Source: Setoptus koraiensis (Eukaryota; Animalia; Arthropoda). Taken from it: a stretch of DNA of 64,000 bases. Position numbers and translations under genes: made by a program. The stretch is taken from contig CM106585.1 of NCBI GenBank assembly GCA_048013815.1, forward strand, positions 14,384,001 through 14,448,000. The letters run 5' to 3'. The notes beneath the pieces were generated by a model. That model did no database searches and had not been told where the DNA came from. It worked only from the letters and a program-made list of their open reading frames with translations. Positions 1-12,974 of this stretch are shown here, one piece after another; positions within the stretch are counted from its first letter, which is position 1, and every line of letters begins with the position of its first letter.

Positions 1-42
1 GGTCAGTTGTTGCCGCAACCGACCGCTAGAGACCCGCCAGTA

Positions 43-116
43 GAGACTGTCCAGTGGAGACTCTTCTGTGGAGACTGTCCAGAGGAGACTCTTCACTAGA
101 GACTGTCCAGTGGAGA
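43..116. repeat. 28-bp tandem repeat, about 2.7 copies
   Basis: Unit GAGACTGTCCAG(T/A)GGAGACTCTTC.. starts at 43, 71 and 99. Confidence 0.85.
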
Positions 117-1919
117 GGCCCCAGCCCAGCCGCCCCCTAGGAGCCAGGTCAAGGACTCAAGATTGATGCGCGATCGAGTTGTGAGTCACGTGGGGGGCCT
201 TGGGCCGCCGACAAAATTTCATCCGGCTGTGGGGCGCTTAGCAGCCAAATGAGATTTCTGACGCCCTAATCATGGACGCACCGGAGCACGCGGTCGGCCA
301 ATTTGCGCAGAAATTGGCCGGCATCTCGCAAAAATCGCGTCGGTTCTCTGACGACGCTGTGTCGCCCCAGTGGGGCCCAGAATGTGTGCAATGGGCCGCC
401 TGGCGTGTGTTTCAACTGGCCAAACCAACCAACTCAGCCGGTATCCGCTGGCCACTGTATTCACAACCTGTTTGTGTTTGTGCAGCACGGTGTACGGCGC
501 GGCGCGGCGAGCGTGCGGATCACGTCGGCGCTGTTGTTTGGGGCCCCGCTTGATAACATCAACACTGTGGCGGCAGCAGCAGTATCACTCGTGAGCGCTG
601 GTCAAGGCCACCCGAGGCAGTGTTATATAATCGATATTATATAACAATCATCAGTTGTGAGTGTGTACATACATCACATGGGTGCCAGCAGCGCTGTTGT
701 TGGCCACTGTTAGAGCTCAGTTTGTGCTGAGTATAATGCAATAAATCAATTGATCGCCTGGCTCGGCTCGCTGGCGCGGGAGCCCCAAAACAAACACACA
801 CCAGCTAGCAGTTGTCTTGGCGGTGTTGTGCGCATCAGCTGTTGGCAGCGAGGCGCGATGTGGGGCGCCAATGATGGCACAGCGAACAGATACAGCGGCA
901 CCAATATTATACACTGTTGTATACACTGCAATGCAGTGACTGCATACAGCGACCGGCCCAGACCCAAAACGAGCGAGTTTACTGGCCCGTTTATCGGGGC
1001 CCCCGCTAACGTGGGCCGGCCTCAGGAAGTGATGCCTATGCCTAGGCAGCAGAAGGGGCCGTTGAAAACTGTTTCACGGGTCGCTTTTTTGTTGCTTGTG
1101 CTCGGTTGGTTGGCCGACTCAAGCGGGTTCAAGTGACGACCGATGCGCGCCACAACTGCCTATGGGGCCAGTTTAAAGACGCAACAACGGACAGGTGAGA
1201 GCCAGAGACGTGGCCAGCGAGAGCGAGAGAGAGAGCGAGCAAAGAAAACTGGACCAGACCAACGCTCTGGCCCATTTATCATCATCATTCATGGGGCCAT
1301 CACACAGCGGCACGCCAGCCAAACTAATACTGTTTGCATGTATCTGTTTGGATGTAAATAAGCTCGTTACGGCTGCAGATATAATAAAAATGATGATAAA
1401 TGAGCGCAGCCAGCCTATCACAGCTTAAGCTGTGCCACATCAGCTGACGATATGTGGGCCCCAAAGCTGACGATATGTGGGCCCCAAAGCTGACGTCACT
1501 TGTTTGTTTGTATGTGTGCTTACCTGTTTGTTTGTTCTTTGTGTCTAGCCACGTCTGTCAGCTTGTGTCAGAGCTAGCTAAAGCTGGGCTGTGTGTGTGT
1601 GTGTATGCGTTTCATGTGGGGCCCGGCGGTTGTTGTATCTAACGACGAATCTTAAACGACGAAGCGAGCAAAGAAGCGGCTCGCCAGTTAGTCATCGGCT
1701 CGTGCTGTCAGCTGTGTGTGTGTGTGTACGCGCTGAGTCTACCTGAGAGATACACTGTCTGACTAGTCAGTGTGCATAGTAGACAACGCGTAGAGACGGG
1801 CAAATATCGAGCCAGCGAACTGACACTGTTTGCCGAGGCACCGAACAGCGTCATCCAGCAACTGGCAGCAAAAGGGCCCAAGGGGCCCGCGCAAACTGAG
1901 CAGCCGAGCCAGCCGAGCA

Positions 1920-2000
1920 GCCGAAGAAGCCGAAGAAGCCGGAGAAGCCGGAGAAGCCGGAGAAGCCGAAGAAGCCGGAGAAGCCGGAGAAGCCGGAGAA
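1920..2000. repeat. 9-bp minisatellite GCCG(A/G)AGAA x9
   Basis: Nine consecutive units read directly from the sequence. It generates the RS/EAG/SPA-repeat ORFs in the track. Confidence 0.9.
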
Positions 2001-4631
2001 GCCGAGCCAGTCGAGCCAGCGGGCAACGTCGAAGGCGGCCCAATATACATATTGGGCCGCCACAAATGGCACGAGATGCGGAGCGGGCCGGCAACTAATT
2101 CGTCGCTCTACAACTGACAACAAATGGCATAATAGTGAGGGGGCGCCTCTTGTTCGTCTTATGCAGCGCAACAACAGTTACAAGAGAGTGCAAACACACA
2201 ATGACAAGCTAGACAATGTGCCAGAAGTGCCAAACAAGTGCCAACATGCCAGCCCGATCATGACAGCCGGGCTGCCAGCGGTGCAACCCCATTGGCCCCA
2301 TTGGCCCCATTACCAGTGGCGGCGGCCTCAGCACACATTTTGGTCAATCATTTGGTGGCCGATAATAATCAATTTGGGCCGATAACAATCATTTGTTGTG
2401 TCGGCAAGCGCCATGTTGCCCTACTCATGTGTGCGCTTGCCGGATTGACCATCGCAGCCGCATTGAGCTGGTCAGTGTGGCCCCGCTGGTGTGTCTGTGC
2501 ATCTGGCCGCATTGGGGCCCCTGGTAAATCCAAACAAATGCACGGCCCCGTGTATTTGTGCGATGCCCCGTGTGTTTGTGCGATTGGCCAGATTGGCTGG
2601 TCAGTGAGTGCTCACAAGTTGTGAGTCACTTATGCTCGTGATGATATTTGCAGTGTTACTGTGCGATATGAGTGACCGCGGGCAAACTCGCCACGAGTCC
2701 AGTCCACGAGTCCAGTCGACGAGTCAGTTGACAAGTGGTTAGTGCTGTGACAATATTAATATTGACGCATTCGAGAAGATTAGTCAATTATGCATATTCA
2801 ACTGTGCACACACACACACACACACATAAGTATCATGTCGAGCAGCCAGTGATTATGACACAGCGACAACAGTGACACACAAGACAGATGACGTGACAGG
2901 TGAGTCACCGCAGCAACAACAACAACAACGACAACAACAGCTAGCCTTGCCACCCAATCACAACTTGCTTGGCCCAACAACAAATACGCGCGCTGTCACG
3001 TGTGTTTGCACGTGACAGCGAGCTACCACTGCGTTACGTAACGTGCTGCTTGCGAATGTGTGCCAGTGCCTGTGAGTGTATGTGCGCAGTCATTGTCATT
3101 GTAATAACTGTTGTTTTGTTTTCGCAAGCTTGTGCCGAGCCGGCAACGGCTTCAACGAACGTATTGTGGCCCACATAAGAGCAGCCAATGACCGATGCGC
3201 GATTACGTAATTTGAAAGCAGCAAAATGCACGTGTAAATGCACACAACACTGTCGGCGCTGTCACATCATCGTTCGGCTCTAGCCATTGAATGGGCTGAA
3301 TTTGCGTTGAATCAGTGCACGGGCATGACCGGCTCACCAGGCGCAGCCACGCCACCGTGACCAGGTGAGCCGAGCCGACGCCCACCTGTCACTGAACGGA
3401 TTTCGTCAGTGCAGTTGTTGTTGTTGTCGTCTCCGTCATCGTTGTTGTTGTTGTTGTTGTTGCAGTGATTAGGGCCTGATTAGCGTTGCATGCTTGGCAG
3501 TTAGTTGGCGTCACTAGTTAATTTTATAGGAAACGAGCAACGACAAGTGATGATACACACAACAGATTATAACAATGTGACGCACAGCCATTGACGAAAC
3601 AGTTTATCCGGCTTGTTATTGTTACGTAATTTAGTATTTATACACGCCATTAGTGCAGTTGCGTAATGCTGTGATTCGTATGGATGGCATAATTCTATAA
3701 TTCTGATGAGTCGTCGTCGTGGTCGTATAAGCGACACGACGATGCATGAGCGCCAATGAAGCGCCTTGCATGCGCTAATATCCCATTATTGCGTTTATAT
3801 ATTATATAGTTTGTGAAAAAAAGAAAGAAAAAATAGCGCGCCAATTATCGTTGTGCCGCATGCTCCAGGTGATTAGTTAGTCTCTGGCCGTAGAGCTCGT
3901 TCAACTCTTGGTGCTATATGGGCATGGCATGTATGCGATAAAATGTAATGAGTGCTAATATTGCGTGCAAATAACACCATTTGCCCGAACAATTCCGCTC
4001 TGACGCTGTCGTTACTGATGTTGTCGTTGTTGCTGTTGTCGTCGGCGTTGTTGTTGGCGCTGTTGCTGTTGCTGCTGTTGTGGTCGGTGTCGTTGTTGCT
4101 GTTGCTGTTGTACTACAACAGTTGTAGTCGCTGCGCGTACCGTACCGTGCCTAAGTGTGAGATAAATAATTGACAACAAACTGCCGTCTACCAGTTACCT
4201 GTTCTCAAATCAGCCAGCTCGGCTTAGTTCAGTCGGCCAAACCATAACACGCACCCGTCCGTATGACGTAACACGTAGCACGCCACATAACGTCATATAC
4301 GGTCAAATATACGGCTTATATATAGAACTTGACAGGCAGCCTGGCAAGTTCTCTGGCGAGCTTGTTCTGTTCGGCTGCGTATGTCGGCGGCGCGCACAAA
4401 TTCACGCGTGAATATGGCCACACTGGCTGGCATATTCACGCGTGGGCTAAATACAAACGCACACGACGGCTGCTGTCATAATACAGGCTGTTAGTTGAAT
4501 TTGTTCACAAGCAACAATGAACAAGCTGCGTGTATCACCGGCGCCATTCACCGCTGCCGAGCCATGTGTGGATATATCGTGAATATTCATAGTGTTGCTG
4601 GCAGGCAGTGGGCGCTGAGCGGCTCTTGACC

Positions 4632-4714
4632 GGTCAGTTTTAGGTGGTCAGTTTTGGGCGGTCAGTTTTGGGTGGTCAGTTTTGGGTGGTCAGTTTTGGG
4701 TGGTCAGTTTTGGG
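4632..4714. repeat. 14-bp minisatellite GGTCAGTTTTGGGT x6
   Basis: Units start at 4632, 4646, 4660, 4674, 4688 and 4702. Confidence 0.9.
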
Positions 4715-7700
4715 CACGGGATCGGTTTTGCGCGTTGCCAAAATTTACCACAGTGGCGGTGAATTTTGCGGACTGAGGCGCCCAAAACACGGTTAAAATG
4801 AAAATTTAATTTTAGTTTGCAGCTGATTCAGTGCGGGTCGCCATTGATTGAGCTGTGAGCTCTGTGAGCAGTATCTTTAGTTGTCGGTTATTATTGAACA
4901 ATCGTGTGTTGTTATTAAACATACACACACACACACGACAACACACAAACCGAGAGAGTTGCAGCGGATAATAAAGCCGGGGTCACACGTTTGTTTGCCC
5001 ACTGGTCACTCAACGTACAATACATGTGGTTAATAGAAAGAATTGCGCAACTTGCTCGCAAACTGGCCCCACTGGCACACGCCGGCCAGCCAGCGACTTT
5101 GCCGAGACTTGTTTGGCCTCTCACTTTGGCCCCCTTGTTGGGCCCCCTGTTTGGGCCCTCTTTTTGGGCCTCTGTTTGGCCTCGCCGCTTGGCCTCTCCG
5201 CTCGGTCCCTCCGCTCGACCCCTCCGTTTGGCCGCTCTGTTTGGGCCTCTGCGCTCGGCCTCACAGTTTGGGGCCCCTGGCCGGAGAGGCGTTCATTACA
5301 AGCGAGAGCTGCGCGAGTGAGGGGCTTCGAAAGTAAAAAGAAATTGAAAAAGAGCGGCCCTAATTCGCTTACTGGCTCTGCCGCTGGCTGGTGCCGCTGT
5401 GAGCCGGACCTGGCCACCTGGCCGGCCGGATAACTGTTAGATACTATCTGTTTTGCTCTGTAAACAGCAACTGCAAATTGTTGTTGCCGTTGTTAGTTGG
5501 CTTATTATTCGCGCCCATTGTTCGTAGCCGTTGGCTTGGGGCCCACAGTGGCCGGGGCCCCACCAGTGGCCGTCGCGCACAGCGCCCGGCTCATCATGCA
5601 CATCAAGCGGCTGACATAATGACCGGCCGACTTGAATTATATTATTTTATTATTATCCCCTATGTGCTGGGCCCGGTCTCCGGGTTGCCGGGCTGTCGTT
5701 TGGCCTCCGGTCCGGTTATAATTAAATTGAATTCACGGGCTGGCCGGCCGTCGGCCGGCGGGGCCCGCACGTTGAGCCGGCTGCACAGCTCGCAGCACAA
5801 TGACGGCTCTTGATCATTGGATCAGGGGCGCATCGCGCTTGCTCGCCCGCAATAAACTGATTCGAGCCTGGCGAGCCGGCCAGTTGGAGAGTCGGCGAGC
5901 AGCTGGCGCTCGCCTCGATCGCGCCGCCAGCCTGGCCCCAATAACGATAATAGTATTAATAATAATAATAATATTAATAATAATGGCGCATTATGAGACT
6001 TATGAGACGGCCACTATTCTGATTTGAGAGAGCGCACTGTCTGGCGGTGCGACGGAGCCTCACTGGCCCCACTGGCCGCGTCTCCTTTATTTGGCTGCGC
6101 CAGCGCGAGGGATGTTCCCCGACTGGCGGGGATATTCGCAGTGGCCAGGCTGGCTCGCCCGAGAAAATCTAGGTTAAGCACAGGAAGTGCGGCGCGCAGC
6201 GGGCGGTCGCCCAGGGCTGCAGGCGCCACATTCGTAAAAGGGGCCCATTTGTAAAGTCAGCAGTTAGCAGCGAGCAGTGAGTTTATTATTATTGCGAGTT
6301 GTCATTGGGTGCGTCGTGTGTGTGATTCATGGCGTTCGCTCTCATGATCCGGCCCGCAGGTGAGGCCCGCTGTCGCCTTGACAGTGACTGGCCGCGTGGG
6401 CACTGTTGACTGCCCGTGGCATTAACACTGTCAGTGGCCCGTTTGTCGGGCCGGTCGGTGGTTAGTTGGTGGCGGCTGGTTAGCTCGTGGCAGCAGTCAG
6501 TTGATCAGTTCACTGACAGCGCTAATGTCCATGACAGCGACATGTTTGTGGCTTGTGTCCAGCACAGGTGAGCCAGCGGCGGCACAGCAACAACAACCGC
6601 AACAACAAACGCAACAGCAACAAACTCAACGGCAACAAACAGCGACAAACAACAACAAACAACAACAGCGACAAACAACAACAAAGAGCGCCACCATTCA
6701 AAAGTTACTCAGTTCTTCTATTAGGCAATTGACGCCGGCCACAGTCTGGCTCCACCAACTGGCCCCAACCCGCTGATGACACCAGTCGCAGGCAGCTCTG
6801 CGGCACTTCCGGCAGGCCAGACACATTCGCGTTTACGCCAACGACTGGCAGCGACTGGACGCTGCTCAAGCGGCAATTGTTTGGTCGCCGCTCGCCGGCC
6901 CGCATCATGCAGACCGCATCTGCCCGCGATGCTCGGCTGCGCAATGATGAATGGGCCCCGCCAGCGCTCGGGCCGGCCACTGTTTGGGGCCCAGGTGTGT
7001 CTAGACAGGGCGACACTTGTCACAGCGCAACAATGTTGCCAGCTGGCTCAAAATGCTCAATGGAGAGCGCTAAATGCGATGTTTCATTCATTGAAAAATG
7101 ACCATTCCGAGCCGCGTTTTGGGAACGCGCAACTCGCGCTCACTTTGAAAATTGCACCTAATTTTGTGCCGGCGCCCCATTTTTTCAGCGCAGATTTGTT
7201 TCTCTGTACTATCACTATTATTACCATTATTGTTACCTGTAATATTACTATTATTATTATTTTAGTATTACCCCTGGCATTGGCGTCGCTGTGGGTGCCA
7301 CTGGTGGTGCTGCCAGCGACCAAATATCCTGTTGATTAGCGCCGGAAATATCCGCCGACTGTGTTTGGCTGTCTGGCCGATAGGGCGCCCCTGTGTGATT
7401 GATTGCAGTGATTGTGTGCCCGTTTACTGTGTGCTTGTGGTGCCGCAAGCAAGTGATGGCAGTTTGCGGCGCAGCCTAGCCTTACCAGCGAAAAAGAGTC
7501 CCTCGAAATCGGATCTGGCGCAATCGGCCCACGACGGCCAATTTGGCAAGCGAGCGGGGCCCCATTCGCCGAGAAACATGTACTTTACTGTGTAATACTA
7601 CTTTACTATGTAGAACATGGGTTTACATATCAAACGAACACAGCAACCAAACGAGCATGTCGATCACTGGCAACATGCACCGCGCTGGCGTGCCGCACAA

Positions 7701-9860
7701 GCTAAGCGGGGCCCCATTCTGCTGGCCTGTGTGTGCGCCAACAACAGTGTGCGAAACGAAATTGCGTAATTTGTGTCCGCTGGCGCTGCCCACAGAAGCA
7801 TCAGCTCTGTTTATGACGCCTATATAATTGCCGTTGCCCGCCAATATCCGCAGCGCGGGCGCGTGCCCCGTGGCCCCCTATGTGCCGCTCGTTGCACTAA
7901 GACGATGATAACAATATCGAGGTCAATTAGTTGCGCAGGTAGCCGCCGCCACATTACGCCGTTGATGGGCACCGGTCAACGCGCCAGCACACACACCGAC
8001 ACACCGACACACAATGTATGTTTATGGGGCCCATAAACATCAGTGCGGTCAGCAGTAACAAGCGGCGACGGCGCCAATATGGAGCCGGATAATGCAGTTT
8101 GGCAAGCTCGTCTTTTTTGTTTATTGGCCGCTGTGCTATTGGGGCGCTGGCTGGGCCCAGGCAACGGGCACCGGGCACCTGGCAACTTCTTATCTATCGC
8201 ACTTGGCGGTGCACTTTATCTGACAGATGCCAACGTTACGTAATACGTATGCAGACAGCAGATGCCGGCAATCAGCTTACAAACAACAACGCCGTCCGAC
8301 TGCGCCCTGCCAATTAGTGGCTCGTCCGGCTCGCTTGGTGTGCCGGCCGCGCGTTGGCTCAGCCGATTGGGGCCCCACTCGAAGCTGTTCGCAAATGCGA
8401 GCCGCTTCGAGAGACAGACATAAGCATGCAGGCAGATATACGCAGATATCGCGGCCAGATATGCTGGCCGGGTCGCTAAATCGCATAATATCATTATACG
8501 TTTTATTTCATTAGGCGCTGCACGCGCTCGGGGCTCGTCGGCCCCATTCGTGCGCTCGGCGCGGGCTCCGTTCGGCGCGGGCCCCGTGATAGCGCCGCAT
8601 GATAGTGCCACCGCCGGCCACCGACCAGCCGACTGACCGGTGTCGATAAAATGCGATAAATTGCGATAAAACGCGCCAAAACGCGCCGAAACGCGCCGAA
8701 ACGCGCCGAAATGCGGCCAAAATGCAGGCGATAAATTGGGGCCCAGTGGCCGGTTGATTTGATTGATTTGCGGGCTCGTGTGCGGCGCGCCATCTGGGGA
8801 TGGGCGCCCGCAAGCGCCGCTGATAATATACGTGTATTAATATTATTAATGATATGGTGTTAATATCATATAATTAGAGATGATTGAGTCTAGATTGAGT
8901 GCGCCCTCTACGCGCCAGTGTGTCTCTGCGGCGCCCTTGTGGGCTCGCCGCTTTCGGGCGGCTTCGGGCGGCTTCTGGCGGTTTCTGGCAGTCGATGATA
9001 TGCACCATCGGGCCAATAGTGCTGCTATATATGCTATATATTGCTGTATGTATTGCTGCATGTATTGCACGCCGTATTGTGGCGCATTTGTGAATGGTCC
9101 AATGGCTGATCTGAATTTCGAGTAGCACTCGCCGCTAGATGGCCGAATCGAATTAGAATTGCAATCGTCTGGCCGCTGTGCCGAATCGCAATCGGGGCCC
9201 CATTCTGATTTAATGTATCAGTGGCAAGTTGCACGAGTTTGTCAGTCGGCTCGTTGCGCGTTATATGCGCTATATAACGCGCATATTGGGCATTTGGCTC
9301 AAGTCGAGTGAGCGTGCGGCGCGGTGTTACCGGCTTGCCACTGACAACTGACAGTTGTTACGTAATTTTCGGCGGCTCGTGGAACGGGAGGCGGAGGGGG
9401 GGGGCGCCCACACCGAACTGTGCACAGAGCTCGCAGTTGCCCAATTGTGCCAATTCTCTCAAGCAGCAGGCAAAATAATGATAATAATTCTGCCGGAGCG
9501 AGCCGAAATCTCCAAATGTAAGCCACTTAACATTATTAGGCCAACGCACTGGCAAACATTTGCCAAAATGGCTGATTATTCAACAACAAGATGCACTGGA
9601 GATAATGCAATAGCAGCGAGCAACGCCAGCAGCAGATAAGAGATGAAATTAGATGAGAGCCAGAGATAAGAGAAGGTGAGATGGGGCCCGCGTTGGCCAG
9701 TGGGGCCCCGTTGAAGGGCCGAATTTCGATAAGAATCGGCTGGCGCTCTTGGGCGGCTCGTGGCTCGTTGTCGTTTGTGGCAAATAAAAAATTGTTAACA
9801 TCTTGGCGGCTCAAACTTGGCGCCACCTCGGTCCGCTCGTCTCTCGGCCGCTCGACTCGA

Positions 9861-9923
9861 GCGGCTCAGGCGGCTCGGGCGGCTCGGGCGGCTCGGGCAG
9901 CTCGGGCAGCTCGGGCAGCTCGG
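9861..9923. repeat. 9-bp minisatellite GC(G/A)GCTCGG x7
   Basis: GCGGCTC(A/G)G x4 followed by GCAGCTCGG x3. Confidence 0.9.
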
Positions 9924-12900
9924 GCGGGCGCAGTGGCTACCAGGGCAAACAGCGAGTGGGGAGGCTCGCTCAGATTTGTTTGCTTATCTAAAATGCACTT
10001 GGCACACACAAGCGCTGGAGGGGGGGGACCAGCATCTGCGCCAACAATCGGGCGACCCGCTAGCCGCGCGTTCTAGATCCCGGCGAGAAACGGTGATTTT
10101 GGCGAGCGGTTTCTCGCCGGTTGGGCACGACACTACCAATCTAATTAAGTCGCCGTATCGAGCGAGTGAGCCGTGGGCCCCGCGCGGGCTCCTTCGAGCA
10201 AATCTCGAACGACTCGCAAGTTGGGACCAGCAAAGAAGAAATTGGGCATGATAATTGTTGCAGCGGCCAGTGGTTTGTCCAATATTTGTCTAATGGATAA
10301 ATGGATGCGTGGTGTGTGCATGTCGGAACGGTTGCATTGGAGCCCAGTCGGGCCCGGCAATTGAATCAAAATCAGGCAACTGCTGTTTGTTCTAGTTTGG
10401 CTCGCCAAATAAACAAGCGCGCGCCCCACCGACAAAAAGGCCCGATTATACGTCGGTCAGGGCGGATTTGATATCGGGGCCGGCGCCTGACGAGCGCCGC
10501 AACTAATATGTGTCGGCATGCATCGCCGGCATAGGATATTATTTGCGAGCGGGCGATAACTCAAATAATGTCCTATGCGAGCCGGCACAGGTGCAGCGAG
10601 CGGCGCTGCTAGCGACAATCGAGGCATTGGGGCCCGCTCCGATTGTTCGATGCGTCGGGCGGCGTTGGCAATTTGCAAGGCTATAGAGGCCATATAGAGA
10701 GAGAGCCACTTGATTAGTTGTTACATCTCTTCGGGTGCAGCTCGCCCTGGCAATTTGCACAGTTTGCAGTTCCAAATTTTAGCAGCTCAACTCTGGCGTC
10801 GCCATTGCGCCGGGCCCCACTGCGTCGATTGCGAGCGCGTCCAATCAATAGGCAGAACGGGGGCCCAATGCAATCAATGAGGAGATAAGCGATAAAAAGC
10901 AACGACGATAGCACGATAAAAGGGGCACCAATTGTAACGGTTGCACCTTGCCAGCGAGCTGCCGTAACGTGGCGGTTGCAAGTCGCAATCAATTGGTCGG
11001 CTCGCCAACTTAATCCAGGCAACTGGCACTGTGCGAGCCGCAAAGTGCTGATAACTATTCACGCCATTTGGCCTACTTTTGGGTGTCGCCTGTACACGCT
11101 GGCGGGGCCCCACTTACACGCCGCCGATATTCACCGGTCCACATTTAAACTATTCATACTACTACCGATGGCGCGCTCGCACTGCCAATGCTCATGCTAT
11201 CCATGGGTCGCATATAAATTGACGGCGGCAACGGGGGCGCCACAACTCCGGCGAGTCAGCACTTACGTCACGGCACAAACACTGCCGTGGCACAGCAGTT
11301 ATTTTATCCGTTGCAGTTGAGCGGCGGGCGCCACTGTGCTGTCGGCAGCCAGCCAGCCAGCCAGCCAGCGTCCTCTGGCGGCGGGCCCGGCAGTTGCATT
11401 AATTGGGCCAGCGCAAACAAAGTTAGTCATAGACTGAGTGACTCAACATGATTGAGTCAGCGCTGCTAAATTAGTTACCAGCTACAATTATCCAGGTTAA
11501 CAACAGCGCCTGTCATACCGTCTCGCTGTCCGTCTGTTGATTAGACAGCTGATTGTCTTTGGATCTCCAATCATCATGATGGAATGATGTCATGCTATTA
11601 TGTCGTAATGAGCCCAATCGGCTGGCCCCAATTCGCACCCGACGGCCAGACGGTGTCGGCGCGCCAAGACTGTCAGCCTGAGTTTCAGGCCCTGAGAGGA
11701 GGGCTCAACGGAAACTTTATTATTATACTAATGGTGAAATTATTGTGTAACTGAGTTACGTTTCTTGTCGCCCTGGCTCTGCTTGTGTCTGGTTGTGTCT
11801 GGTTTGCTCTGGTTTTGCCTACTTGGCTCGTGTGCCACTGCCAGTGGGCCCACTGGGCAGAGCTCACTGTCGCGATGAATAGACAAGTGTGAGTAGTCGT
11901 CGATATTGGCCGCTATTTGCAGCTATTACCCATTAACGACGATCAATGGCAACTTGATTAAATTGGTTTCAGTGTGTTTAGTTGTGTTGTGGTCATTATC
12001 ATTTACAGCAACACTCTACGACCAGCTACCGGCTACCAGTTACGCTCCGGCAGTGAGCTCTGGCGCTGCACTCGCCCGGCCCCAATAACGTTACGTAAGA
12101 TAGCGAAGTTGCGTCACTTGTAACTGCTACTTGACAGAGTTTATTTATCTGCTGGCAGTATGCACAATATGCAAATCAGTGCTACGCGTTTCAGACTAAT
12201 TTGATTATAACCAAAACACATGCGCCATCCACGTAATTCCTTCAATGCTAATATCTCGCACTGCTCAACTCAAGCCTAACATACATCTGCTCACAACTGC
12301 CGGCTGCTGGCCCCACGATTGCCGGCTGCTGGCCCCAAAATCGCTGGCGCCATCTCAAGGACAACGCAAGACAACTGACACGCCAACTGGAGACAGGTTG
12401 ATCGGCGCCGCGCAAGACATTGATCAATTCGTACATACATATTCATACGTGCGCTCGCTAATCGCCACTGATACTGAAACTGAGCTATTTGCAATGAATA
12501 TCTGCGTGAATTGATATTAAAGTCGAGCTCACGATAGCGACCATATTTAATATATGATACATATTATACTTGCTGCCGATATAATATATCGGCGGATATA
12601 TACCGGTATATATAATGCGCACAATATCCCCGCCGCTATGCACGGATATGCATGCATGATTTGTGAGCCAGTGCCGCCAATGCAAACAACAGCCACAAGT
12701 TATCCAGTTATGCTGCCAAGCTGGCATTAGAGCCGGGGCCCCTGATTGCCAGGATTGCATGCTGCTGCGATGATACTCATGCGACCTAGAGTGTCCAATT
12801 AGGCTAATAGATTGCAAACGCGCACCATTTGCATATAGCCAATCTGCAAGCCAGCCAGCTGAAATATCTGGCTAGCCAAGCAGATATCGCCCGGCTTGGC

Positions 12901-12929
12901 ATAGGCGGCCGACTGGCACAAGCTAGCCA

Positions 12930-12974
12930 GTCGGTATGGTCGGTATGGTCGGTATGGTCGGTATGGTGGGTATA
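12930..12974. repeat. 9-bp minisatellite GTCGGTATG x4-5
   Basis: Four perfect units plus one degenerate unit. Confidence 0.85.

Noticed and set aside
43-116. 28-bp repeats of CRISPR-like length
   Set aside because: The units are directly adjacent with no unique spacers, the context is eukaryotic, and there are no cas genes.
2113-2133. TDNKWHN, resembling the LNS-domain NDNxWH motif, followed by a GTGAG
   Set aside because: The flanking translation (RQLIRRST..) has no LNS character and there is no acceptor upstream. Treated as chance.
4590-4800. TAGTGTTG hAT-like end next to the 14-bp array
   Set aside because: No matching inverted terminus or TSD was found.
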